Positions 11,513-20,978 of a stretch of 64,000 nt of DNA are shown here, one piece after another (the stretch's first letter is position 1; every line of letters begins with the position of its first letter). Position numbers and translations under genes: made by a program. The notes under the pieces are model-generated. The model was not told the DNA's origin, did no database searches, and worked only from the letters and a program-made list of their open reading frames with translations. The DNA lies in NCBI GenBank assembly GCA_949287425.1, contig CASEGJ010000003.1, positions 8,993 to 72,992 of the forward strand, in the 5' to 3' direction. The stretch is from an uncultured Bacillales bacterium (lineage in GTDB: Bacteria; Bacillota_I; Bacilli_A; RFN20; CAG-288).

Positions 11513-12592
11513 TTATATTTTATATTTTTTAGAATATGGTATTTGCTTAGTAATACAGTGGATATTTCCTCCACCTAACAAAATTTCTTTTGAATATATT
11601 TGAATAATCTCTTTTTTTCCTTTATAAAAATCATTCAATATAGAATAAGCAATTCTATCTTCTTCAACGTTAAATTTTGGAAGAATAATAAACTTATCAG
11701 ACATATAGAAATTTACATAACTTCCTGCTAATCTTCTTCCTTGTTTTCTATCAATAGACAAAGAATTTTTAATTAGGCCATCTTCTTCTGTTTTAGATAA
11801 ATACATATTTGATGGAACAGGAACTTTAATAACTTTATACCCGTAATCAATCAATTCTTTTTCATCGAGTAAAGACCTTTCATATTGAGGGTCATTTTTA
11901 TCTAAACACGTTGATAATAAAATCGTGCTTTCGTCTAAAAAACAAGCGATATTATCAACATGTCCACTAGTTTCATCGTTATATATACCATAAGTTAAAT
12001 AATCTACTTGATTAACGTTTAATGCTTTTTTTAATCTTTCAGTTATTTGATTTTGATTTAACATAGGATTTCTTCCTAAAGATAACAAACACTCTTTAGT
12101 AGTAAGTAATTTACCTTTTCCGTTTGAATGAATAGATCCACCTTCTAAAATAAAATCTTTATAAGCAATCCGAGGAATATTTAATTCTTTTAATAATTTT
12201 TGTCCAATTGAATTATCTTCTTGATAATTAGAATACAACCCATTGTAACTTCCACCCCAAGCGTTAAAGCCAAAATCAACACCAAGTAAATTATCTTCGT
12301 CATCTTTTAAAAAGACAGGTAAATTATCTCGAGCCCAAGCGTCGTTATATTCAATGTTTTTTAAAATAACATTATTTAATTGTTTGAGTTTTTCTAAATA
12401 TTGTTTATTTACTTTTTTAGAATAAATTACCAGTACTTTTTCATGTTTAGAGATCGCCTTTATTACATTAAAATATTCTTCTAAAGCAGGAAGAGAATGC
12501 TCTCTCCATGTATCTTCTCTAAAAGGAAGTAAAATACATGTTAAAAGGTGTTTTTCTCCTTCAAAAGGAAAATAATATCTTGAAATATCCAT
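11513..12592 (-). CDS. aguA: Agmatine deiminase
   Basis: 'DAWARD', 'FNAWGG', 'LEGGSI', 'ETSGHVDN', 'SYVNFY', 'GGGNIHCITKQIP'. Confidence 0.93.
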   Translation of the reverse strand: MDISRYYFPFEGEKHLLTCILLPFREDTWREHSLPALEEYFNVIKAISKHEKVLVIYSKKVNKQYLEKLKQLNNVILKNIEYNDAWARDNLPVFLKDDEDNLLGVDFGFNAWGGSYNGLYSNYQEDNSIGQKLLKELNIPRIAYKDFILEGGSIHSNGKGKLLTTKECLLSLGRNPMLNQNQITERLKKALNVNQVDYLTYGIYNDETSGHVDNIACFLDESTILLSTCLDKNDPQYERSLLDEKELIDYGYKVIKVPVPSNMYLSKTEEDGLIKNSLSIDRKQGRRLAGSYVNFYMSDKFIILPKFNVEEDRIAYSILNDFYKGKKEIIQIYSKEILLGGGNIHCITKQIPYSKKYKI

Positions 12593-12593
12593 T

Positions 12594-13508
12594 TTATTTA
12601 GTTAATTCTACAGCAATTTGAGCCGCTAATTTTGCGTTATTTTTAATTAATTCAATATTGGCATTTAAAGATTCGCCTTTAGTTAATTCTACAATTTTAG
12701 CTAATAAAAATGGCGTGATATCTTTACCTAGAATATTTTCTTCTTCAGCTTGTTTTATAGCTTTAGAAATATAATGTTCCATTAAATCTACATCGAGAGA
12801 ATATTTTTCAGGAATAGGATTAACAATTAAACTCGCTTGATTTAATTTCAAAGCGTCGTTTGCTTTAATAATATTGGCGATTTGCTCAGGATTTTGACAA
12901 GTTTGCTGTAATTTAAATTTAGAAGTTCTCGAATAAAATAAAGGCAATCTATCAACTTGATATCCTATAATAGGAACTCCTTTAGTTTCTAAGTATTCTA
13001 AAGTTAATGGAATATCTAAAATTGCTTTAGGCCCAGCACAAACCACGTTGACATTTGATTTTGAAAATTCATCTAAATCAGCAGAGATATCAAAAGTTTT
13101 ATTTCCATTACGATGAACTCCACCAATTCCACCAGTAGCAAAAATTTTAATGTTAGCTAATTTCGCTAGTATCATAGTTGCAGCAACCGTTGTAGCTCCA
13201 GATAATTTATTAGCTAAACAATAACCTAAATCTCTTCTAGAAACTTTCATAATTTGGTGCTGATTTTTACCAAAGGATTCAATTTCATCAGGAGTCATAC
13301 CTATTTTAATTTTGCCATTTAAAATTCCAATAGTTACTGGTATACCTCCTTGCAATCTAACTTCATGTTCAACCGCTAATGCTGTTTCAACATTTTGAGG
13401 ATAAGGCATACCATGAGAAATAATTGTAGTTTCTAAAGCGACAGCTGGTTTATTTTCAAAAGATGGAATGTTTTTTAATTGTTCTTGTATTTGTTGAAAT
13501 AAATCCAT
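12594..13508 (-). CDS. psuG: Pseudouridine-5'-phosphate glycosidase
   Basis: 'VALETTIISHGMPYPQN', 'GATTVAATM', 'FATGGIGGVHR', 'DISADL', 'GKDITPFLL'. Confidence 0.95.
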   Translation of the reverse strand: MDLFQQIQEQLKNIPSFENKPAVALETTIISHGMPYPQNVETALAVEHEVRLQGGIPVTIGILNGKIKIGMTPDEIESFGKNQHQIMKVSRRDLGYCLANKLSGATTVAATMILAKLANIKIFATGGIGGVHRNGNKTFDISADLDEFSKSNVNVVCAGPKAILDIPLTLEYLETKGVPIIGYQVDRLPLFYSRTSKFKLQQTCQNPEQIANIIKANDALKLNQASLIVNPIPEKYSLDVDLMEHYISKAIKQAEEENILGKDITPFLLAKIVELTKGESLNANIELIKNNAKLAAQIAVELTK

Positions 13509-13522
13509 ATTCTATTCTCCTT

Positions 13523-14020
13523 CTAATTAACAATTTTTAAGTATTCTAGCATAATAACAACATTCATTACATCTAATTGATTATCACGATTAACTTCTAA
13601 ATAAAAATAATTTGTCCATTTGGTATCATCAACATAAACTTTACCAACTTCTTTTTTGTTTTCATCCAAAATAACATAATTCTGAGTAAATAAATTACCA
13701 TCATATGAATAGTTTTTATAATTCAAATTAAATGATGCCTTACATAAACAAATACCTTTTCTAACAATTTTTCCTAAATTATTAGAATGAGAATCACTAA
13801 CATCAATATATGGATAAATAGAAAGTTTATGTACTTTATAATTACAAATTAAATTTTTAGATTTATCTAATAATTGTAAACTTTTAACTAACCCACTTTT
13901 ATTTAAAATATAAAAATCTGCTTTTAGAGTTTCTAAATTAATAATTTCTGTTATTGAATTTATTAAAAATTCATTTGATATTTTATATTTCAATTTGATC
14001 ATATTTCTAAATCCAAACAA
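13523..14020 (-). CDS. LURP-one/Tubby-C-like hypothetical protein
   Basis: Beta-rich repeats such as 'YDGNLFTQNYVILDENKKEVGKV...WTNYFYLEV' ending in a hydrophobic helix; the start may be the ATG at 14002. Confidence 0.5.
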   Translation of the reverse strand: MFGFRNMIKLKYKISNEFLINSITEIINLETLKADFYILNKSGLVKSLQLLDKSKNLICNYKVHKLSIYPYIDVSDSHSNNLGKIVRKGICLCKASFNLNYKNYSYDGNLFTQNYVILDENKKEVGKVYVDDTKWTNYFYLEVNRDNQLDVMNVVIMLEYLKIVN

Positions 14021-14183
14021 TTAAATTAATAAATACACTTTTAATATTATAATATTTTTAAATTTACATCTATTATATTTTGTTAGCTTATCTACTTAAT
14101 GATTTATTTCTTGTTATAAAACCAAAGTTATTACACATACACTTATAATTTTACTTTATTCAAACTTAGAAAATTATAAAGAC

Positions 14184-14212
14184 AAAATAAAAATTCCAAG
14201 AACCCTTGGAAT
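14184..14212 (-). terminator. Intrinsic terminator closing the candidate ncRNA
   Basis: Minus strand ATTCCAAG-GGTT-CTTGGAAT followed by TTTTATTTT. Confidence 0.8.
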
Positions 14213-14560
14213 CTTTATAGAGGGAAGGAAATCTCATTTCGTGATACTTTCAATAGCCTTTGCTCTCTTCTTCTTTAGTGACTTTCTTCCGCATTTAACG
14301 TTTCAAATTTCGAATTTTTTTCATTATTTTCATAACTACTTTCATTACCTACACTGGTAATTACTTTTCCGTTCTACTTAACACAACCTTTGTTAAATTA
14401 GTCTTCTTTCTACTTTTTTCTTTCTACTTTCAGAAAAGTTTTATTTTTTTCCTTTTTGATATCATCTCCTACTTGTAGATTTCAACTATGCGGCTGTCTT
14501 TACTTTTTCAGGCTTTGAGTTCAGAAGTGGAACTTATTGTTCTTTATTTTTCCTTCCCTC
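14184..14560 (-). ncRNA. Candidate large structured non-coding RNA of unassigned family
   Basis: No ORF; own promoter and terminator; perfect 12-bp pairing of the ends (14549-14560 with 14220-14231); nested helices; repeated AGUA/GAA motifs. Confidence 0.7.
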
Positions 14561-14566
14561 ATCTAT

Positions 14567-14594
14567 ATTCTACCTGAGATTTAAATAAAGTCAA
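14567..14594 (-). promoter_or_regulatory. Sigma-A promoter of the candidate ncRNA
   Basis: Minus strand TTGACT (14594-14589), 16-bp spacer, TAGAAT (14572-14567); the predicted start falls at the first G of the terminal helix (14560). Confidence 0.7.
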
Positions 14595-14732
14595 GGGTAA
14601 AATCGCAAAAAATTTAAAATAGTTGAATTTTAAGCGGTTACTTAGTTTACTAACTTGTTTTAATTAACACGTTTACGTTGCGTATTTTTATTGTTTTTAA
14701 CCCTATAATTTATTTTTGTTATAATTATTTAT

Positions 14733-15596
14733 ATGAAAGTTGATAAAACTAAGCTAAAATCTTCTATCATTAAATTAACTATCTCAGCAGTTATAATTGC
14801 CGGAATTTGTGTCGGTGTATATTTTTTATATAAGCATTTTGGCTTAAATAATATAAGTGCTGATCAAATTAAAAAAATTGTTCAAGATAGTGGAGCTTAC
14901 GGAGCTATTATTTTTATTTTGATTTCTTTCTTGCAAGTTACTTTTATTCCTATTCCTTCAACTGTAACTATTGTTGCTGGTTCATATTTATTTGGCGCCA
15001 TGAATTCGTTTTGGCTTTCATATATTGGTATTTTACTTGGCTCATTTCTCGCTTTCTTTTTAGGTAGATTAATTGGGAAGCCTTTTGTTTACTGGGTGGT
15101 GGGTAGTAAAGATACTGTTGAAAAATATCTTATAAAATTAAAAGGTAAAGAAAAAATCTTACTGTTTTTTATGTTTCTATTTCCTTTCTTTCCTGATGAT
15201 GCACTATGTGCTATAGCTGGGATAACTAATTTATCTTGGATAGCATTTATATTAATGCAATTACTTACTAGAGCTATAGCTATTTTTGGCAATATATTAT
15301 TTTTATCTGGAGAATTTATTCCTTTTGATGAGCCTTGGGGAATAAGCTTAATTGTAATCCTATCTATCCTAGGTGTTGTTGGATTTATTATTTGTATGAA
15401 ATATTCAGAACAAATTCAAAACTATATAATCAAAATAATAGACAAGATATTTTTAAAGATGAAAAACAAATCGTCTAAAAATGTAAATTCTAATACTTCT
15501 ATATATCAAAATAAAGAAACCGATAATCAAAATATAACTATAGAAAATTCTATTAAAGATACATCAAGTCCAAAAGAACAAAACAAAAAAGAATAA
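14733..15596 (+). CDS. DedA/TVP38 (VTT-domain) membrane protein
   Basis: 'LQVTFIPIP...AGSYLFG...GSFLAFFLGR...FPFFPDDALCAIAG'. Confidence 0.88.
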   Translation: MKVDKTKLKSSIIKLTISAVIIAGICVGVYFLYKHFGLNNISADQIKKIVQDSGAYGAIIFILISFLQVTFIPIPSTVTIVAGSYLFGAMNSFWLSYIGILLGSFLAFFLGRLIGKPFVYWVVGSKDTVEKYLIKLKGKEKILLFFMFLFPFFPDDALCAIAGITNLSWIAFILMQLLTRAIAIFGNILFLSGEFIPFDEPWGISLIVILSILGVVGFIICMKYSEQIQNYIIKIIDKIFLKMKNKSSKNVNSNTSIYQNKETDNQNITIENSIKDTSSPKEQNKKE

Positions 15597-15753
15597 GTTT
15601 TATTTACAAAATAAGCTTTCTAAACGCGTTTTTATTAATAAACAAAAACTGGCTAGTCATTTTTTGTTGACTTTTATTTTTAAAATATCTATACTAAAAA
15701 CAAGTTAAATATTTAACGCACGCAAAACTATATCTTAAAGAAAGGACAAAATT

Positions 15754-16734
15754 ATGAAAAAAATTTATTTGCCTTTTGCTATTTTAACTTTAGCACTAGT
15801 TTCTTGTTCAACAACCACTAGTCAAATTAGCTCTTCTATTGAGACTTCTTCTAGTCCGACTAGCACGCCTGTTTCTAGCACCAATTCAGAATCTCCTATT
15901 GTAAGTTCTGAACCTAATCTTGATTCAACTGCTTCAAATCCTACTTCATCAGATATTTCTTCTGAATCAACTTCTAGTTCTCCTACTTCTTCTATCGATT
16001 CACCTTTAACTTGGGATGATGAAACTGACACTTTTATTAGAAGATGTTTAGATGGTCAAACTTTACCTGCTTTTGATATTGGACTAGATTTATCATTATT
16101 AGGTGGCCAAAGCCAATTAATTATAACTACTACTCAAGAAGGTAATTATGATGATGTTGTTTTACCTATTTTAGATACATTACAAGAAGCAGGCTTTGTC
16201 GATAATACCGATAATTATGTCGGCCTTGCAGAAGGAGAACACATCTTAAAAGGTCGAGTTAACGATGTAAATATTCAAATTGATCTTGCTTTAGCCGGTA
16301 ATGTTTTAACTCAAGCAAACAATTATACTCCTACTAGTTATTCAACTACGACTGGCTATTTATATTTATTTGCTAATTCTCAAGTGGTTATCACTAGCTT
16401 CCCTGAAGATGATTTAAAACTATATTCTCAATATTATTTAGGCTTAACTAATATTATGTTAGCTCCTGATTCCACCAATATAACTGAATACGAAATTCAG
16501 TTGTATCAAGGAATATTATCTAACTATGCATTAGGATTAATTTGCTATACATCTTTAGATACAACCCCTGAAGATGAAGCATTAAATTATATGAATCTTT
16601 TAATTGATAATAGTTATAATTACGATTCTGAATCAGGCATATTTATCACGCCTACTTCAGATGGAATAATATATATTATTGCTGATACTAATTCATTTAC
16701 AATCTGTTTAGAAGCTATTCCTTCTAATATTTAA
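15754..16734 (+). CDS. Lipoprotein with Ser/Thr-rich linker, function unknown
   Basis: Lipobox 'LALVSC' followed by a low-complexity S/T/P tract and an acidic domain. Confidence 0.75.
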   Translation: MKKIYLPFAILTLALVSCSTTTSQISSSIETSSSPTSTPVSSTNSESPIVSSEPNLDSTASNPTSSDISSESTSSSPTSSIDSPLTWDDETDTFIRRCLDGQTLPAFDIGLDLSLLGGQSQLIITTTQEGNYDDVVLPILDTLQEAGFVDNTDNYVGLAEGEHILKGRVNDVNIQIDLALAGNVLTQANNYTPTSYSTTTGYLYLFANSQVVITSFPEDDLKLYSQYYLGLTNIMLAPDSTNITEYEIQLYQGILSNYALGLICYTSLDTTPEDEALNYMNLLIDNSYNYDSESGIFITPTSDGIIYIIADTNSFTICLEAIPSNI

Positions 16735-16770
16735 TTTAAGCTAGTAATACTTCCTTTTCATAATAAGTTA

Positions 16771-16800
16771 AAAGGCAGTAAACCTGATTTGCTGCCTTTT
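16771..16800. terminator. Bidirectional terminator
   Basis: AAAGGCAGTAAA...TTTGCTGCCTTTT between convergent genes. Confidence 0.7.
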
Positions 16801-17407
16801 ATTCTTGATAGTATTGCTTAGCTAATTCCACCCACTTTTTATGATCTAAATCAGTAATTTGCCTAACTACTTTACACGGATTTCCACACGCTACAACATT
16901 AGAAGGTATATCTTTAGTTACTACACTTCCAGAACCAATAACGACATTATCACCAATAGTAACTCCTGGATTAATAGTAACACTTCCTCCTATCCAAACA
17001 TCGTTACCTATATTGATAGGATATCCATATTCCAAATTAGAGTTTCTTACCTGTTTATCTATAGGATGACCAGCTGTATATAAACTAACTCTAGGAGCCA
17101 TAAAGCAATTGTTTCCAATATTAATTTGATTAACATCTAGCATAATGCAATCAAAATTCGCGTAGAAATTATCACCGACAGAAATATTAGAACCATAATC
17201 ACAATGAAACGGCTTTTCAAGATGGAAATTTTTTCCAACATGTTTAAAAAGCTTGCTTGCAATTTGATTTCTTTTTTCCACTTCTCCATATTTTGTAGAA
17301 TTTAATTCGTCTAACAATCTATTTCTTCTTGCTCTATCTTCTGTTAAAGAGCCATCTTTATAAGCTGAATACAATTTGCCAGCAAGCATCTTTTCTTTTT
17401 CAGTCAT
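16799..17407 (-). CDS. maa: Sugar (maltose/galactoside) O-acetyltransferase
   Basis: 'TEKEKMLAGKLY', 'PFHCDYGSNI', hexapeptide repeats 'IGNDVWIGG...PGVTIGDNVVIGSGSVVTKDIP'. Confidence 0.9.
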   Translation of the reverse strand: MTEKEKMLAGKLYSAYKDGSLTEDRARRNRLLDELNSTKYGEVEKRNQIASKLFKHVGKNFHLEKPFHCDYGSNISVGDNFYANFDCIMLDVNQINIGNNCFMAPRVSLYTAGHPIDKQVRNSNLEYGYPINIGNDVWIGGSVTINPGVTIGDNVVIGSGSVVTKDIPSNVVACGNPCKVVRQITDLDHKKWVELAKQYYQE

Positions 17408-17448
17408 ATCATCAACCTTTTTAAAAGGGCTATTGCTAGCCCTTAAAA

Positions 17449-18201
17449 TTATTTTGCTTTTCCTTGGTTAGCAACTGCTTGTTGTTTAGCAGCAACACTA
17501 GCAGCATCACCTAAATATCCTTTAGAGACAACGTGTAAGTTTTCATCTAAATGATAAACTAAAGGTACACCAGTAGGGATATTTAATCCAGCGATATCTT
17601 CATCAGAGATATTATCTAAATATTTAACTAAAGCTCTTAATGAATTACCGTGTGCAGTAACTAGTACTTTCTTATCTTCTTTTAATAAAGGCACAATGTG
17701 TTCTTCATAATAAGGGACAACTCTAGCAATGGTATCTTTTAAAGATTCACATAAAGGTAATTTGGATTTATCAACGTTAGCATAAGCTTTTTGTAAAGCT
17801 GGATTTCTTGAATCTGTAGCTTCTAATTCAGGAGGTCTAACATCGAAAGATCTTCTCCATAATTTAACTTGACCTTCTCCGTATTTTTCAGCGGTTTCAG
17901 CTTTATTTAATCCTTGTAAAGCTCCGTAATGTCTTTCGTTTAATTCCCAAGCTTTAATAACAGGTAAATAGCATTCATCCATGCTATCTAAAGCGTAATT
18001 TAATGTATGAATAGCTCTTTTTAAATAAGAAGTAAAACAAACATCGAAAGTGTAACCTTCTTTAGCTAATAAAGCTCCAGCCTCTTTAGCTTCTTTAACA
18101 CCTTGTTCAGATAAATCAACATCAGTCCAACCGGTGAAAAGATTGAGTTTGTTCCATTCAGATTCGCCATGTCTTAATAAGACTAAAATTTTTTCGCTCA
18201 T
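17449..18201 (-). CDS. gpmA: 2,3-BPG-dependent phosphoglycerate mutase
   Basis: 'LRHGESEWN', '[14 protein letters not shown]', 'AHGNSLRAL', 'NIPTG'. Confidence 0.97.
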   Translation of the reverse strand: MSEKILVLLRHGESEWNKLNLFTGWTDVDLSEQGVKEAKEAGALLAKEGYTFDVCFTSYLKRAIHTLNYALDSMDECYLPVIKAWELNERHYGALQGLNKAETAEKYGEGQVKLWRRSFDVRPPELEATDSRNPALQKAYANVDKSKLPLCESLKDTIARVVPYYEEHIVPLLKEDKKVLVTAHGNSLRALVKYLDNISDEDIAGLNIPTGVPLVYHLDENLHVVSKGYLGDAASVAAKQQAVANQGKAK

Positions 18202-18319
18202 TTGACTTTTCCTTTCTTTTTTCTTACCACATCACTTTAGCACATTTTTTTGTTTTTTAATAGTCAAAAATCTTTTAAACAAAAGCATTTAAATTAAAAA
18301 ATAAACAAAGTGTTAAATC

Positions 18320-18988
18320 TCAATAAACTTCGATAGAGAAAAACGTCAAAATTCTAGAAGCGTTATGTATTGAAGAGTATCTACCAAAACTTAAGAATAT
18401 TCTATCTAAGAAATGATAGTCAGCTACTTGTTTATCATTAACTTCACTTTTTAAATTTTCTTGATTAGTATAGTCATAATATAAATAATCAAGACTAGCT
18501 TCCTTAATAGAAATAAAATTATCTGGGTATGAATAATCTAAATCACATAGAGAATAATTTCTTTCTTTAAGATAAGTTCCATCTTCGTTTCCAATATCAA
18601 AAAGCGATTGAATATCTAAACTATTTTCAACTTTATCACTTTGATAGTAAGTTAAATCAGCTTTATTTATAATATCGCCTATATGAATGTTAAAAATAGA
18701 ACTATCTTTATTGCAAGTTAAAATCTTTAATAGTTTACTATCTTTAAAAACAATTTTTTTGGATTTATCTTTAGAAGTAAAAATTACATAATTGGAAACT
18801 TCGCTTTTAATATAATTAGTATCTTTTTGAATTTTATTAAAGGCTTCATCATCTAAAAAAGAATAATCAATTCCAGTGCTAGTTTCTAAAATATAGTTTA
18901 GTTCATCTTTTACTTTTTGTTCGTTATTACAAGAAGATAAAGTTAAACTAGTTAATAATATTAAAAAATAGCTTAATATCTTTTTCAT
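18320..18988 (-). CDS. Hypothetical lipoprotein (third of a tandem cluster)
   Basis: Lipobox 'LTLSSC'; start overlaps the stop of the upstream gene; AAGGGGG RBS. Confidence 0.7.
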   Translation of the reverse strand: MKKILSYFLILLTSLTLSSCNNEQKVKDELNYILETSTGIDYSFLDDEAFNKIQKDTNYIKSEVSNYVIFTSKDKSKKIVFKDSKLLKILTCNKDSSIFNIHIGDIINKADLTYYQSDKVENSLDIQSLFDIGNEDGTYLKERNYSLCDLDYSYPDNFISIKEASLDYLYYDYTNQENLKSEVNDKQVADYHFLDRIFLSFGRYSSIHNASRILTFFSIEVY

Positions 18989-19596
18989 AATACCCCCTTA
19001 AAAGAAAATTCAAAATTAAACAAAGTTTGATATGGACTTTCTTTATTATATGAATAGGCTAAAGTTAATTTATCATCATAAATAAATTCTCTATAAGAAT
19101 AAGTGATGTTTTCATATGTAAAATCTACATAATTTACTGGATTTTCTACTTCTTTATATCCTTTTAAATTCAATAATTCTGATAAAGAGTCATACTGATT
19201 TTTAACTAGTGGATTGTCTTTTGATAAAATTGTATTACTACCTATAAAAAAACCATAAATTGATGATAAGATATTCGTATATATAATATCATCTGTATTT
19301 GTGTATTGATTTTGAGAAGTGGTTTCAACCTTTCTTAAAATATTTTCTCTATCTATATAAATCTTATGCTTATTATGAACATCTGCATAAATAGTATATG
19401 ACTCGTTTTGCTCTTCTAAATTATATTGAAGTTCTAAATATTTACTGTTAGCTCTTCTTCCTACTAACATGCCTAAATTAGTGATTTCTTTAGTAAGATT
19501 AATAACTTCATCAAGAATATTTGTTTTACTAATTGAAGACTGACAAGAAGTTAATAATATAAAAGGTAAACATAGTAATATTACTTTCTTTTTCAT
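18985..19596 (-). CDS. Hypothetical lipoprotein (second of a tandem cluster)
   Basis: Start at 19596 (MKKKVILL) behind AGGAG; lipobox 'LLTSC'. Confidence 0.7.
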   Translation of the reverse strand: MKKKVILLCLPFILLTSCQSSISKTNILDEVINLTKEITNLGMLVGRRANSKYLELQYNLEEQNESYTIYADVHNKHKIYIDRENILRKVETTSQNQYTNTDDIIYTNILSSIYGFFIGSNTILSKDNPLVKNQYDSLSELLNLKGYKEVENPVNYVDFTYENITYSYREFIYDDKLTLAYSYNKESPYQTLFNFEFSFKGVL

Positions 19597-19606
19597 ATTG
19601 ATTCTC

Positions 19607-20185
19607 CTATTCATATTGAATAAAAAAAGCATAGAGTTTTACATTTGTTATACTAGAACTAAGCGTACCAAAAATAGTTTTACCAGCGCATTGATAAAAA
19701 GCCCAATTTGCTTGAGATTTATTGCCATTATTATCAATTTCAGTTCTAGAGCCAATTAAATAGATATCATCGAAAAAAGTACCAGATAAGATATAATCTT
19801 TAGAATATTTTGAATTAAAATCTAAATTCAAATATTCATAAAATTCAGTAAAATTACCTGTTCCAATTTGCCATCCTAAAATTGAAGATTTTGTATCGTA
19901 TGTTAAAAACCTATATAAGGTGTTACTATTATCAAAATAATAGTAGTTTAAATCATCATTAGATCTAAAAACTTTATAGCTATTCCAATCTTCTAAAACG
20001 TAATTATCATCTTGAGAAAGCTTATCAAAAGCTTTGTTATCTCCTATTTTATATTCTTGATTAACTATATGATTATCTTGAAGATTTCTTAATTCATTAT
20101 AAGAAAGTAATTGACACGAACTAAGAAAAATCAAAGAAAACAATGTAATTAAAATAAATGTTTTTTTCATAACCGTCTTTTTCAA
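19607..20185 (-). CDS. Hypothetical lipoprotein (first of a tandem cluster)
   Basis: Lipobox 'FLSSC'; start is the TTG at 20185 or the ATG at 20170. Confidence 0.7.
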   Translation of the reverse strand: MKKTVMKKTFILITLFSLIFLSSCQLLSYNELRNLQDNHIVNQEYKIGDNKAFDKLSQDDNYVLEDWNSYKVFRSNDDLNYYYFDNSNTLYRFLTYDTKSSILGWQIGTGNFTEFYEYLNLDFNSKYSKDYILSGTFFDDIYLIGSRTEIDNNGNKSQANWAFYQCAGKTIFGTLSSSITNVKLYAFFIQYE

Positions 20186-20436
20186 TACCTTTCTTACTTT
20201 TAACGAATTACAAATATATATATATATTTAATATACTTACACTTTTATTATAAATCGTTTTTTTGATGGTCAATATTTGTGTTTTTGTTAGCTAGCTAAC
20301 TTGTTTTAGTCTTACTAACTTTCCAATTTATGTATTATTGAAACACATAGTAAGCTGCTATCAACAAAAATAATTAGTTTTAAAAGTACATATATTGTAT
20401 ACTAATAAATAGTGTTTTATATTTGGAGGAAACAAA

Positions 20437-20910
20437 ATGGCTAATAGTTATAACAATCGCACATTTAAAATTAAAACATCATCAAATCCAAAGTTAATTT
20501 TTGCAATTATCGCTTTAATTCTCGGTTTAGCTTCTCTTTTCTTTTTATTAGCTCCTGGAATAAATTTCACTTATGCTGGCTCTAGCAAATTACATACCAT
20601 TTCTTTAGGTGGGTTAGTTTGGGGATCAACTTATACTAATCTTTCTGCCGGATTAGTTGTCGCTTTCTTTTTAGGAATCGTCGCTAGTTTATTAGCTTTA
20701 GCTACTCCTGGTTTACATTTTATAGGTTATTTAGCTGGATTATTGTTTATTGCTTGTGGGGCTTTATATTTTTCAGCTATTCCTCTTTTAGCAGATGATT
20801 TAAAAATTATCGGCTATGGAAGTATAAGCTTAGGCTATGGTGTTTATACGGCTGGTATTTGTCAATTTATTGCAGCTATATTATCGTTTATAGCAGCCTA
20901 TGGCGAGTAG
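20437..20910 (+). CDS. Four-TM membrane protein, paralog A
   Basis: Four hydrophobic segments; GGAGG RBS; similar to the next gene. Confidence 0.75.
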   Translation: MANSYNNRTFKIKTSSNPKLIFAIIALILGLASLFFLLAPGINFTYAGSSKLHTISLGGLVWGSTYTNLSAGLVVAFFLGIVASLLALATPGLHFIGYLAGLLFIACGALYFSAIPLLADDLKIIGYGSISLGYGVYTAGICQFIAAILSFIAAYGE

Positions 20911-20978
20911 TTGTAAATTAATTAATTTAGTTATAAAATTACTATGCTATTTATTTAAAAATACAATTAGGAGAAATT

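Noticed and set aside
14430..14470. AGGAG followed by AUG inside the candidate ncRNA (MISKRKKIKLF)
   Set aside because: The AUG abuts the SD with no spacer and the ORF is only 11 codons; not supportable as a CDS
14184..14560. Identity of the structured element as tmRNA, RNase P RNA, SRP, 6S RNA or a group II intron
   Set aside because: No tRNA-like GGGG...CCA ends or tag ORF; no GAGGAAAGUCC/P4 signatures; no SRP GGAA loop; longer and more branched than 6S; no domain-V hairpin
15800..16000. TCT/ACT-rich repeats here and at 26530-26640
   Set aside because: Explained by Ser/Thr-rich lipoprotein linkers
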